A DNA stretch of 64,000 nucleotides from the sequence record PQ015379.1; one strand, 5' to 3'. Within the stretch, counting starts at the first letter, position 1; each line of letters opens with the position of its first letter. Positions 1-9,063 of the stretch are shown piece by piece. The notes beneath the pieces were generated by a model. The model made no database searches. It had not been told where the DNA came from and saw only the letters and a list, made by a program, of their open reading frames with translations. Both the position numbers and the translations under genes were made by a program.

Positions 1-2
1 AC

Positions 3-254
3 ATCACCGGTTGTTGGTACGATTCGAAAAACAGTCGTACCGTGATCAGTGGTGTGTTCGACGATCAGCCAATTTTCGCCGTGTACAAAAACGGTTGGAC
101 TTTCAACATCGTTGATCTTGAGGCCCCAGCTGTTTCGTTGGCAGACGGCTACGTGTTGACACACGATGCGGTCTACAGCACTACGGATTATTCGAAGTTC
201 AACCTGCTACACAGGTTCGAAAACTTCGAGGCAAAAACCATGGTGTTAGTGTGA
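3..254 (+). CDS. hypothetical protein, 5'-truncated by window edge
   Basis: Frame of ORF 42..254 is open back to the window start and is followed by a terminator. Confidence 0.7.
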   Translation: MTGCWYDSKNSRTVISGVFDDQPIFAVYKNGWTFNIVDLEAPAVSLADGYVLTHDAVYSTTDYSKFNLLHRFENFEAKTMVLV

Positions 255-257
255 GGC

Positions 258-291
258 AAGCCCTCGGTTCCCAGTGGATCGAGGGCTTTTT
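258..291 (+). terminator. rho-independent terminator
   Basis: AAGCCCTCG...CGAGGGCTT stem followed by a T run. Confidence 0.85.
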
Positions 292-305
292 CGTTTGCGG
301 CATAA

Positions 306-315
306 ACTGTAAATA
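306..315 (+). promoter_or_regulatory. putative phage late/middle promoter motif ACTGTAAATA
   Basis: Intergenic, after a terminator and 27 nt before the next gene; motif recurs about 11 times on + strand. Confidence 0.55.
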
Positions 316-342
316 CATGACATACAATCATGGAGTCCTGCC

Positions 343-831
343 GTGAAAGACCATCTTGATATTTACCACGACATTGCTGGATCGCTGTTAGCCCCGGATG
401 ACGTGGCGCCGCCCTACATTTTCTGCTGGGAAATTTTGGGCCATCCTACGGTGTGCGAAGTGCTGAACCGTCGCGAAATTCACGCCGGGTTAAACCCGCC
501 GCCACTGATCCGCATGGAAATGGTGCTGCACGACCGGATCAGTTTCGAACCAATCCGCCTGCGTGTGCACACCGTGGATGATCTGGAAAATCGCCGCCCT
601 GTTCCGATCTTCGGGCTGGTGATGGCGCTGCGTGTGAAAATGCAGGAAAGCATGACTGCGTGGGAGAAGTACCACGGTCCCGATCCAATGTACTGCATTC
701 GGCCCTTGATGCACAGGTTGGATGGCCAGCTTTTCTACGTGCAAAGCTACGAAGAAATTTCGTTGAATAGCGAATTCGAATTCAACCTTTCCATCGTCCC
801 TTACTTTGGTAAACTCGATGACCAATCTTAG
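343..831 (+). CDS. hypothetical protein
   Basis: 162-aa ORF with GGAG RBS. Confidence 0.75.
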   Translation: MKDHLDIYHDIAGSLLAPDDVAPPYIFCWEILGHPTVCEVLNRREIHAGLNPPPLIRMEMVLHDRISFEPIRLRVHTVDDLENRRPVPIFGLVMALRVKMQESMTAWEKYHGPDPMYCIRPLMHRLDGQLFYVQSYEEISLNSEFEFNLSIVPYFGKLDDQS

Positions 832-1450
832 TTCCCGGTTGGCGGCCTACAAATACTACAAGTCCCTCGGAAAATTCACGGAGGATTTGCTGGATCTTTT
901 CGGCACGCCGCGCACCAAGCCGCATTACATTCAACTCGACATGGGCGATTGTCGCCTGTGGATGCGCCCGCTGGGTGCCGAGCGTTATCACGAACGCCGC
1001 GTGGTGGAAATGGAAGCCTTCGGCAAATTCGTGAAGTTGCCCGGTGTGCCGGAACAGCCGCGTATCATTGCCAGTTTCGCCCTGCATGAAAAACACGAAG
1101 GGCGCATCGGTGCATTCAACAAAACGGTCAAGATTTGCGGCCATCCGTTCCATCCGCGCCACTTCCAAGTGCACCGTGGGCACGGCGGCGAAGAAAACAT
1201 CGTTGAGTTCGAATGGATTCAGGAAGGTTTCGGTTATTCGTCTCACGTTCAGCAGCGCGAAGAGTGCCGCCGAATCCAACACAACTTCCGGCCTCAAGCC
1301 GTGTTCGGTACTCCGGAATTCGAGTCCGAAAAATACAAATGGCAAGATCGACACAACTGGTCGCCGCGCAACCGCAAACGCCCGATCAAACTGAGTTACG
1401 AAGTCGATCTGCAATACGATTATGACTACGACGCAGACGAATACGAATAA
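818..1450 (+). CDS. hypothetical protein
   Basis: ORF overlapping previous gene end; acidic C-terminus. Confidence 0.75.
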   Translation: MTNLSSRLAAYKYYKSLGKFTEDLLDLFGTPRTKPHYIQLDMGDCRLWMRPLGAERYHERRVVEMEAFGKFVKLPGVPEQPRIIASFALHEKHEGRIGAFNKTVKICGHPFHPRHFQVHRGHGGEENIVEFEWIQEGFGYSSHVQQREECRRIQHNFRPQAVFGTPEFESEKYKWQDRHNWSPRNRKRPIKLSYEVDLQYDYDYDADEYE

Positions 1451-1459
1451 GGAAACAGA

Positions 1460-1804
1460 ATGGAAATTCAAGAACAGCTGGAAGCTGTGCGGGCCTACAA
1501 AGGTACGGTGCGTATCTCGGTAGGGGCCAACACGGTGGACGCCAACGTTTGGAGCACGCAGCACGTGCCGGAAAACAAAGGCATTCCAGAACACATTAAC
1601 GCCGGTTTTCAACTGCTGGCAAAACCGGAACAACTGATCAGCATTCAGCAGGAAGTTATCGACGACCTTTTGATGCAAAACTTCTGTTCGATTTCCGTGC
1701 TGGCGCAGACGCGTAGCAGCTGGGATATTCGGGAATCGATGGAGCTTCTGAAAAACGAACACGGCGATTACCGCTGGCTGATCCATGCGAGGATTTTCCT
1801 GTGA
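1460..1804 (+). CDS. hypothetical protein
   Basis: AAGGA RBS, packed gene run. Confidence 0.75.
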   Translation: MEIQEQLEAVRAYKGTVRISVGANTVDANVWSTQHVPENKGIPEHINAGFQLLAKPEQLISIQQEVIDDLLMQNFCSISVLAQTRSSWDIRESMELLKNEHGDYRWLIHARIFL

Positions 1805-2253
1805 GCAGCTTTACCACACCGCTGGTTGCGGAATTTGAAGACGACGGAATTCACTACGTCATTTGGCAAATCTTTGCCTACGCAATCGGCATGCTTGGCT
1901 CTGGCATCGTGGTCAGTGTCCCGGTCGGCTACCGCACCGATCTGGCGTCCGTGCCGTGGTGGATTCGCTGGCTGTTGCCGCCGAATGGGAAGTACGGGAA
2001 AGCAGCGGTTATTCACGATTACATTTGCTCGTACAGAACTGTAAATATGAATGGTCGGTCGGTGTTCGTCACACGTAAAACGGGCGACCTGATTTTCCTC
2101 GAAGCCATGGGCGTGCTCAACGTGCCCGCGTGGCAGAAATATCCGATGTTTGCTGCTGTTCGTGCTTACGCAATCGTCACCGGCATTGATCGTGCCGACG
2201 CCAAGAAAGCTGCGAACGACCCAACCTATTTCACCGACGTGCTGGCCGCGTGA
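1801..2253 (+). CDS. DUF1353 family protein
   Basis: Signature VPVGYRTDLASVP...GKYGKAAVIHDY...DLIFLEAM. Confidence 0.85.
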   Translation: MSSFTTPLVAEFEDDGIHYVIWQIFAYAIGMLGSGIVVSVPVGYRTDLASVPWWIRWLLPPNGKYGKAAVIHDYICSYRTVNMNGRSVFVTRKTGDLIFLEAMGVLNVPAWQKYPMFAAVRAYAIVTGIDRADAKKAANDPTYFTDVLAA

Positions 2254-2262
2254 GGATCTAAA

Positions 2263-2682
2263 ATGGCTGACGAAAAGCTGGATAAGAAAGAACTTGCGGC
2301 CCGCATTGGTGAATTGATGAAACAGCACGCTGAATCCGGCCAGCCAAATGACAATTCTTTCGAGGCACTCGGGGCCACGATTGCCCAAGGCATCGAAATG
2401 ATGGCTTGGGGACCACGGCTCGGTGCCGGGCGTTGGCTTCTCTTTCTGAACGCGCTGAAAACGAATGACGTGACGGCGCTGGAAAAGGCTGATGAAGATT
2501 ACGACATGCGCTGTCGTGTATTCATCACACGCTTTAGCCTCGACGAAATGTGGGATCACACGCACGGCTTTGATCGGCCAGAATTTCGCCAGCAACTTGA
2601 GGATCAGGGGTTGCCCGTCACCTTTACCAATCTCGCCCGCGCCGAGCTTGCGCGTATCGCCAAAGAACAGGAATCAAAATGA
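2263..2682 (+). CDS. hypothetical protein
   Basis: GAGGA RBS, packed gene run. Confidence 0.75.
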   Translation: MADEKLDKKELAARIGELMKQHAESGQPNDNSFEALGATIAQGIEMMAWGPRLGAGRWLLFLNALKTNDVTALEKADEDYDMRCRVFITRFSLDEMWDHTHGFDRPEFRQQLEDQGLPVTFTNLARAELARIAKEQESK

Positions 2683-3026
2683 AAATCTCCCGCGAAAAAG
2701 CAAAACAGCTGGCTTCCCAATCGGCGGCCATGATGGGCCTTCCGGCGCAAATTCAAATCGTGCTGGATTCGGTGATCACGCATCTGGTTTGCGTTACCGA
2801 AGATTACAAAAACAATCGCCTCGAAATCGTGCTGGGCCTCAACAACCCGGAACCGAGCGCGCATATCCGCCACATGGCCGAACAGGGCACGCTGTACTGC
2901 GTGTGGCAGGGCCAACACATGCTGCAAGGCCCCGCGTTTTACCCGGACGATAACGAAACCGGTTTGGAGCACTGGGAAGTCGAGGCCTACGACAGTTATC
3001 TGACCTTCTACGTCGAGACGGAATAA
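2679..3026 (+). CDS. hypothetical protein
   Basis: ATGA overlap with previous gene. Confidence 0.75.
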   Translation: MKISREKAKQLASQSAAMMGLPAQIQIVLDSVITHLVCVTEDYKNNRLEIVLGLNNPEPSAHIRHMAEQGTLYCVWQGQHMLQGPAFYPDDNETGLEHWEVEAYDSYLTFYVETE

Positions 3027-3584
3027 ATGGCAAGTTACCTTTGCGCCGATCTGCATTTGGGGCACCGCAACATTCCAAAATATCGCGGCTATGAATCGTT
3101 GGAACAACACGACGATTTGGTTTGCGAGAACTGGATCAACACCGTGCGTTCGAACAAGCGCGATACCACCTACGTGCTGGGCGACATTGCCTTCAGCGAA
3201 GAGGGCTGGCGCCGCTTTGACGATTTGCCCGGTCGCAAAATCGTGATCCTTGGCAACCACTGCACCGAATACAGCAACGCGGCATTCATCGCCTCGCTGA
3301 AAACTGTAAACAGTGTTCATAGCATGTACAAGCACAAGGGCTGCATCATGTCGCATGCGCCCCTGCATCCCGATCACCTGCGTGGCAAACGGAACCTGCA
3401 TGGCCACCTGCATTCGCACTTTGTGCAGGATCGCCGGTTCTTCAATTGCTCGCTGGAACAAATCGACATGCGCCCAATTCCGATGGAAGAAGTTTTCGAG
3501 GAATTCGAGCGTCGGCAATCGCTGCTGTACGTGAAGCGTAAGCTGGGCATCAAAGCAGCGGTACGGGCGGTGATGAATGGCTAA
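3027..3584 (+). CDS. calcineurin-like metallophosphoesterase
   Basis: Motifs DLHLGH, LGD, LGNH, SHAP, HGHLH. Confidence 0.9.
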   Translation: MASYLCADLHLGHRNIPKYRGYESLEQHDDLVCENWINTVRSNKRDTTYVLGDIAFSEEGWRRFDDLPGRKIVILGNHCTEYSNAAFIASLKTVNSVHSMYKHKGCIMSHAPLHPDHLRGKRNLHGHLHSHFVQDRRFFNCSLEQIDMRPIPMEEVFEEFERRQSLLYVKRKLGIKAAVRAVMNG

Positions 3585-3930
3585 AAAGAAAGACGAACGC
3601 CAGCAGTTTTTGGATCAGCTGAAAACCGCGACCGTGGATGAAACGTTGTTCCGCCTGTGCCACAAGCGCGGGTTTATTCAGGGCAACTATTATAGCCATC
3701 GCACCCGGACCACTGACCCCGAAGATTTGCTGCTGGTTGTTTCGGTTTTCTCGCACCAACATTCTTTGGAACTTCCTGCCGATATGGAAGTGGTTGGCCA
3801 ACATGATGACAACGTGTTTATTCCGATGCGTGTCGTCCGTTACGAACGTTTGATGGTCGGCGATTCTGGCGGCTATTGGTATCTGGTAAAGCTTCAGGGC
3901 GACACTAGCCGCTGGGGCAGGAGTATGTGA
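3577..3930 (+). CDS. hypothetical protein
   Basis: Overlapping packed ORF. Confidence 0.7.
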   Translation: MAKKKDERQQFLDQLKTATVDETLFRLCHKRGFIQGNYYSHRTRTTDPEDLLLVVSVFSHQHSLELPADMEVVGQHDDNVFIPMRVVRYERLMVGDSGGYWYLVKLQGDTSRWGRSM

Positions 3931-3931
3931 A

Positions 3932-4342
3932 ATGAGCGAACACGTTGACGGCATGAATTCCGCGCACGGTGCACCATACGGCGAACAAATCGCCAACGTC
4001 CCGGCGCACACACACGAAGAAAATGCACGTAAGTTTTTCGAACAGCATCCGGAACAGGCAGTTTCCCGTATTCATCGCCGTGGCGATAACCCGGTGTTTG
4101 TCCACTACGAAGATATGCCGTATCTGTCCGAAAACCCGAGCGACAAACTCGATAAAATTCTGGCCAAGATCGAGGATGAAGGCGAATACGTTCCGACCTA
4201 CGAAGAACTGGCCGACCATTTCAACCAAGGATTGATTGCTGAAGGCCGCCAGCCGGTATTCAGCGCTCAAATGCTGGCTGCGCAGAGTGCTGCTGAACTG
4301 CGCAAAAAGCAAAAAGCCCGCAAGAAAAAGAAGCGTAAATAA
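3932..4342 (+). CDS. hypothetical protein with basic C-terminal tail
   Basis: Ends RKKQKARKKKKRK. Confidence 0.75.
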   Translation: MSEHVDGMNSAHGAPYGEQIANVPAHTHEENARKFFEQHPEQAVSRIHRRGDNPVFVHYEDMPYLSENPSDKLDKILAKIEDEGEYVPTYEELADHFNQGLIAEGRQPVFSAQMLAAQSAAELRKKQKARKKKKRK

Positions 4343-4684
4343 ATGGAGATTCTCATGTCGCTCAATCAAACCCCTTACGTCGGTGCCCTGACTGCTTTCA
4401 ACAACGGTCGCGTGCCGATGACCGTTCACAACGTGATCCGTGCAGGCGAGGACGGCGAAGGCGAAGTCGAAAATGTGCTCTGTGTGTATTTCACCGACAG
4501 CAACCAGCTGCAATACGCTGACGGCAAGCCGGAAAATTTCATCGGCTTCGGTGAAAGCCTGATCTTCGAAGCCGGTGTGTTCACTGGCGCGTTCAACAAC
4601 GCGGTGGACGACGAAGAAGAGGAAGAGGAAGAAGAGGAACTGGAAGACGAAGAACCTGCCAACAACGGTTCCGCTGCCCAGTAA
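4343..4684 (+). CDS. hypothetical protein with poly-acidic tail
   Basis: DDEEEEEEEEELEDEE near the C-terminus. Confidence 0.75.
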   Translation: MEILMSLNQTPYVGALTAFNNGRVPMTVHNVIRAGEDGEGEVENVLCVYFTDSNQLQYADGKPENFIGFGESLIFEAGVFTGAFNNAVDDEEEEEEEEELEDEEPANNGSAAQ

Positions 4685-4724
4685 TTCCACGGGCCAAGGA
4701 TGGCCCAACCACTGAGGATTTTTC

Positions 4725-5051
4725 ATGTCTCTTTTCCAATGTGAACACTGTGGCTGCTGTGAGAATACCGCACTGGCTGCCCAAGGCTTCAAAGTCAGTT
4801 TCATGCAGCAACTTTTCGACTGGTCGTATGCGCCAGAACGCAAAGGTAAACTGCTGTGCAGCGCCTGCGGCCCCGTGAAGTATCGTAGTGGCGAGCCGAC
4901 CGAGTACGGCAAATGGCACGGTGAATTCCCCCGCAATTTCCTGCCGATGGGCCAGTTCAAAACCAACGACCGTGGGAACCTCGAACACATCGAGCACGGC
5001 AACGAAGATTTCATGGCTTACGAAATTCCCAAGCCTGATCACATCAAATAA
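4725..5051 (+). CDS. Cys-rich (zinc-binding) hypothetical protein
   Basis: CEHCGCC and CSAC motifs; GAGGA RBS. Confidence 0.75.
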   Translation: MSLFQCEHCGCCENTALAAQGFKVSFMQQLFDWSYAPERKGKLLCSACGPVKYRSGEPTEYGKWHGEFPRNFLPMGQFKTNDRGNLEHIEHGNEDFMAYEIPKPDHIK

Positions 5052-5054
5052 ACC

Positions 5055-5336
5055 ATGAACGAATACATCGTTTTGTTTGCGGACGAAGAGCATGCAGAAC
5101 GTGCCGGGCTGCATGCCCGTTACCTGACGGCGGTCAATCAGTTGCAGGCCGTGCGTCTAGTTCTCCCCTTCCTCCCGTGGGGCGTTATCCGCGAAAGCGT
5201 TTCGTACGCGCACCTTGTGGGAAATCATTATGAACATAAAGCGGTTTCTTCTGAGCATTCGCGTAGCTTTTTGCACAGCGTCACCCGAGCAGCCGCCGAC
5301 CTCAACCTCATTCCCGTGCAAATCAACCAGTGGTGA
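5055..5336 (+). CDS. hypothetical protein
   Basis: Packed ORF. Confidence 0.65.
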   Translation: MNEYIVLFADEEHAERAGLHARYLTAVNQLQAVRLVLPFLPWGVIRESVSYAHLVGNHYEHKAVSSEHSRSFLHSVTRAAADLNLIPVQINQW

Positions 5337-5340
5337 TTCC

Positions 5341-5697
5341 ATGAACAGCGAAAAGCTGGCAAGCATTTATGCGAAACTGAGTGAAGAAGTCGATGAACTT
5401 CACGACAAGTATGAAGGTCTGAAAGTTGATCCCACGGCGAACCCGGCTGACCGTATGCGTCTGCTGCGTTTCCGTTGTGCAGCCGGGCCGCGTGACTATT
5501 CTGTTTCGCCCCACTACACCGTCCCTTACCTGCTGTACGAAATCAACCGTAAGCGCAACGAAAAGCGCGACCTGCTGCATAAAATCATGTGGCTGCACGA
5601 CACAGCGGCGCACAAACAGTTGCTCGACGTTTTGCAAGGCGAAGAGGCACTGGCACAGATGACCGCCGATGCCCACGCACGCGGTGAATACGACTGA
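5341..5697 (+). CDS. hypothetical protein
   Basis: ATG at 5341 directly after previous stop. Confidence 0.7.
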   Translation: MNSEKLASIYAKLSEEVDELHDKYEGLKVDPTANPADRMRLLRFRCAAGPRDYSVSPHYTVPYLLYEINRKRNEKRDLLHKIMWLHDTAAHKQLLDVLQGEEALAQMTADAHARGEYD

Positions 5698-6281
5698 AAA
5701 AGTGGACCGGCGTCGGGTCACAGAAAACCCCGTTAGTGGTTTGTGAAATCGCAACGGAATTTGCGCGGACAAAACCGAAATCGATTATGCGATCCGGTGC
5801 CGCCAAAGGGGCCGATGAAGCTTTCGAAAAGGGTGCCAAGCATGCGGAAATTTACCTGCCTAATCGCGGGTTCCGTGGGCACCAAACCGGGATATACGAA
5901 TACACGCCTGAACAAACCGCGTGGGGTGAATATCTGGCGCAGAAAGTTTACCCTGTGCTGATTCAAAACCAGATGCATATGCGGCTGTTCCGGCGTAACG
6001 CCTTTCAAGTGGTTGGACTATCGACCTGTGTTGAAGATTCCGACCCTTCAGAATTTTTGATGTGCTGGACGCCCGATGGATGCACCAGCCCGTCTACCTA
6101 CATGCGCGGTCGTACCGGGGGCACCGGGATCGCGATCATGATTGCATGGGAATTTGACGTTGAAATTTGGAACCTACGACTGAAGCCGCACATGAAAAAA
6201 GTGCTGGGTCGTCTGGATGATTTCGGCGTCGATATCAAACCTTACAAACAGCGGCTGATGGCCGAGGGACTTTACGGATAA
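5694..6281 (+). CDS. SLOG/DprA-fold (Rossmann-like) nucleotide-binding protein, probable CTG start
   Basis: Frame of ORF 5736..6281 extends upstream to give KKWTGVGSQKTP, then SGAAKGADEAFE and GGTGIAI, typical SLOG motifs. Confidence 0.75.
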   Translation: MKKWTGVGSQKTPLVVCEIATEFARTKPKSIMRSGAAKGADEAFEKGAKHAEIYLPNRGFRGHQTGIYEYTPEQTAWGEYLAQKVYPVLIQNQMHMRLFRRNAFQVVGLSTCVEDSDPSEFLMCWTPDGCTSPSTYMRGRTGGTGIAIMIAWEFDVEIWNLRLKPHMKKVLGRLDDFGVDIKPYKQRLMAEGLYG

Positions 6282-6871
6282 TGTACGTCAACGAAATTCA
6301 GTGGGAACTTGCACAACACGCCGCCCGCTACCAGACCGATATCGGGGTGCTGACGCAGGCCGAAAAGATCAAGCATTTCGCGTTGGTTGTTGGTCGTATT
6401 TCCAGCGACTACCAACTCGAAGAACTTCTCACGTTTTCGCGTCATGGGTTCGACCTGTTCTACAACATCATGATGTTCGCGAACTACATGAACATGGACA
6501 TGCTGGCGCGCAATCGTTCGAGCATGGATTATTCCGGCTGCGAAACCATGGAAGACTACGTGGAAGCCTACCTGCCCGAAGTCAACCTGATGGAAATCCG
6601 CATTGACCTGATTATCCAGATGGGCACTTTCTGCAAGATCGCCGAAGCGACCGACCACATGGAACCAATGAATTTCCGGGCCGAAGTTACCAAGGTCGTC
6701 GATGCCCTGTATCACATTGCGTGGCGCATGATCGCCAGCGAAGGCGACGGCCAAGAGCAGAACATTTCCAAAAACTTCGAGGCCTACATGGTTCGCAAGG
6801 AAAAGAAAATGCACCAGTGCTCATACAAGGGCCATTTCTCGCTGGATGCCGCCTGCTACATGCCTTTGTGA
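6281..6871 (+). CDS. all-helical MazG-like nucleotide pyrophosphatase-fold protein (tentative)
   Basis: Helical pattern KHFAL..G.I...FDL...MMFANYMNMD and a second half CKIAEATDHMEPMNFR. Confidence 0.45.
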   Translation: MYVNEIQWELAQHAARYQTDIGVLTQAEKIKHFALVVGRISSDYQLEELLTFSRHGFDLFYNIMMFANYMNMDMLARNRSSMDYSGCETMEDYVEAYLPEVNLMEIRIDLIIQMGTFCKIAEATDHMEPMNFRAEVTKVVDALYHIAWRMIASEGDGQEQNISKNFEAYMVRKEKKMHQCSYKGHFSLDAACYMPL

Positions 6872-6878
6872 GAACGCC

Positions 6879-7154
6879 ATGGAACTGACTTTCGTAAAGC
6901 AAAACGAGTTCGCGATTTACGCATCGATGCCCGGTGCCTACGTGATGGCCTACGTCAAAAACGAACGGCATGTTGAACTACACCTAGGCACTAAAAAATT
7001 GAAAAACATTGTGCTATGCACTGCCCGCGATAACCGTACGAAAACTGCCCGCTGTTTCCGTACGTTGGACGCCGCCGCGAAAACGGCCCTCGAAATGCAA
7101 GTCAGTGAATTTCTTGTGGTGCGTGACGATCCAACCCGACCGGATGCAATCTGA
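6879..7154 (+). CDS. small hypothetical, possible DNA-binding protein
   Basis: C-terminal R.FRTLDAAAK motif. Confidence 0.65.
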   Translation: MELTFVKQNEFAIYASMPGAYVMAYVKNERHVELHLGTKKLKNIVLCTARDNRTKTARCFRTLDAAAKTALEMQVSEFLVVRDDPTRPDAI

Positions 7155-7156
7155 TC

Positions 7157-7603
7157 ATGGGAACCCCAATGCTGACCACAATTAAAAACTGGATCAATCC
7201 GCCGATCCGCCGTTTCAACATTGAGCATTGCCCGTGCTGCTGGCGCTCCATCCGCAAGGAAATGACACGCGGCCAGCAGCGCCGCTGTGTGATCACCCTT
7301 GGCACCCGCCCGAAGACGCAGATTTTCAACTGTGGTCGCTGCAATGGCCAAGCCGAATACCACGGAGAACACAACGAAACCAAACTGGTTTTCAAACGTG
7401 TTCTCCGTCCGCTGATTTCCGTCATTCACCGCGACGTGATTCAGATGGCGGAAGACGCGCAGTCCAAGTACAACATCGCACTGTTGACCACCATTCAGCG
7501 TGGCCACCGGCCCGATACCACCGACTTTTCGAAGCTGAATCGAAAAGAAATTCTCAAGGCCATCAAACGTCTTGAGAGCCGCACCAAAAATATCAAAAAG
7601 TGA
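7157..7603 (+). CDS. zinc-ribbon hypothetical protein
   Basis: CPCC and CGRC pairs. Confidence 0.7.
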   Translation: MGTPMLTTIKNWINPPIRRFNIEHCPCCWRSIRKEMTRGQQRRCVITLGTRPKTQIFNCGRCNGQAEYHGEHNETKLVFKRVLRPLISVIHRDVIQMAEDAQSKYNIALLTTIQRGHRPDTTDFSKLNRKEILKAIKRLESRTKNIKK

Positions 7604-7610
7604 GCGTAAC

Positions 7611-7937
7611 ATGGACGATATGATTACCCCCGAAAGTGCGATGCGCGTTATGGATCGTGTGAACGATCATTTCGTCTACGAAGGGCTTCCGCAAAAGCTG
7701 GAAGACATGGTGCCACTGGTGCAGTTCAATGCCTGCGCCGGGGAATTCGGCCTCGAATTCTGTGGCATGTGCATCTGGCACACCGCCTGCGACGATCAGT
7801 ATATTTCTGAAAACGCGCTGGAACATTTCGTGTTGGCCCGCATCGCAGAAATGCGTAAGGTGATCAACCACGTGACCATCGGCATTCCTAATCCGATCAC
7901 GGATCTGGTGGCCGATCCCGCAGAAGAGAAACTGTAA
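7611..7937 (+). CDS. hypothetical protein
   Basis: Packed ORF. Confidence 0.7.
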   Translation: MDDMITPESAMRVMDRVNDHFVYEGLPQKLEDMVPLVQFNACAGEFGLEFCGMCIWHTACDDQYISENALEHFVLARIAEMRKVINHVTIGIPNPITDLVADPAEEKL

Positions 7938-7940
7938 ATA
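7931..7940 (+). promoter_or_regulatory. ACTGTAAATA motif upstream of a structured leader
   Basis: Overlaps the stop codon, about 100 nt before ORF 8044. Confidence 0.5.
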
Positions 7941-7978
7941 TCTCATGCTTGATCGCTGTATGTTTCACCGTTGAACCC

Positions 7979-8034
7979 GGTGGCGCGGTAAGCGCCACCA
8001 ACCCACTAAACAAGACTGTTGCGCGGAAAGCGCA
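7979..8034 (+). promoter_or_regulatory. two GCGC-GG(T/A)AA-GCGC hairpins in the 5' leader
   Basis: GGTGGCGC-GGTAA-GCGCCACC and TGCGC-GGAAA-GCGCA, the second directly before the GAGGA RBS. Confidence 0.55.
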
Positions 8035-8043
8035 GAGGACTTT

Positions 8044-9063
8044 ATGCGTTTTAAATTTGATCGTTCTGTTTTTGAAAACCCTGCTGTTTACGAAACCGTG
8101 GTGCAGACCCTGCTGATCGGCTACGCGAAGAACGTTAACCGCCTTGCGGAACAGGCGAAGAACGGCTCGCAATTCGACGTAAACGTGATCCTGTTCGGGA
8201 TTACCGAGGCGTCCGCAAAGATCCGCGCCAGCGACACGTTCAAGGGCACCAACTACGTGAACATTCGCTGCGTCGGCGCTGATTCGGATCTGAAAGAACT
8301 GGGCACTTTGTTCCAAACTAACCGGTTCAACGGCCACGTGATCGTCTGCCCGGAAGTCGAACACGCACGGGATCACGTGTATGTGATTCTTGCGCAGTTG
8401 CTCGATAAAATCGGTAGCGACCTCGACCATCGCGCCGGGCGCTACGACCGCGATTTCAAAACCGTGCTGCCTAACCGCCAAGTCGAATCGGATTTGCTGT
8501 GGGCAATGTTCGAACAGTGGAAGATGAAGACCTACGGCGCACATCGCCAAGTTCTGATCGAAAATGCCAACTACCGTTTCACGAAATATTTCGACTTCGG
8601 CAAGGGCGAAGATTTCTTGGCGCGCCAAGCCGGGTTGCGCAAGGGCATCGCCACCGGTGACGAACCGAAAGACGGCAACCAGTTCGCACCGCCTCACGAA
8701 CTGGACCCGCTGAAAACTTTTGATGCGATGATCGATCCGTACAAACGTATCGACTACACCAATCTGCACCCGGTGCGTATGGGCCGTGACTTTACCCAAC
8801 TGCGCATTTCCAGCCTGCGTGAAGTTGTAGACGCTGTGTGTCCGTACGGCGTGGGCATCATGACCGCCGAACTCGAAAACCCTTCGGTGCGTACGCTGTG
8901 CCTCGACGATAACGTTGCGTGGAATATCTTCAAAAATTCCATCAACATCGGTTCCTACTATCCGCAGGAATATCAGGCCGGTGAGGGCTGCGCCGCCGAG
9001 TACGCCGGGGACCGCGACCGCGAAGTGCAAATCGTGCACATGGAAGAAATTTCCAAGAAATGA
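8044..9063 (+). CDS. hypothetical protein (339 aa)
   Basis: Long ORF with GAGGA RBS; no domain recognised. Confidence 0.8.
   Translation: MRFKFDRSVFENPAVYETVVQTLLIGYAKNVNRLAEQAKNGSQFDVNVILFGITEASAKIRASDTFKGTNYVNIRCVGADSDLKELGTLFQTNRFNGHVIVCPEVEHARDHVYVILAQLLDKIGSDLDHRAGRYDRDFKTVLPNRQVESDLLWAMFEQWKMKTYGAHRQVLIENANYRFTKYFDFGKGEDFLARQAGLRKGIATGDEPKDGNQFAPPHELDPLKTFDAMIDPYKRIDYTNLHPVRMGRDFTQLRISSLREVVDAVCPYGVGIMTAELENPSVRTLCLDDNVAWNIFKNSINIGSYYPQEYQAGEGCAAEYAGDRDREVQIVHMEEISKK

Noticed and set aside
4426-4665. Poly-Ser minus-strand ORFs (also 34605..34847 and 35599..36003)
   Set aside because: They are antisense read-outs of the GAA/GAC acidic tracts of + strand genes.
5694-6281. Naming the SLOG gene dprA
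   Set aside because: Only the Rossmann-like SLOG core is present; it lacks the length and extra domains of true DprA.
6879-7154. Plasmid replication/partition protein call from the RTLDAA motif
   Set aside because: The motif is too short to support a family assignment without a search.
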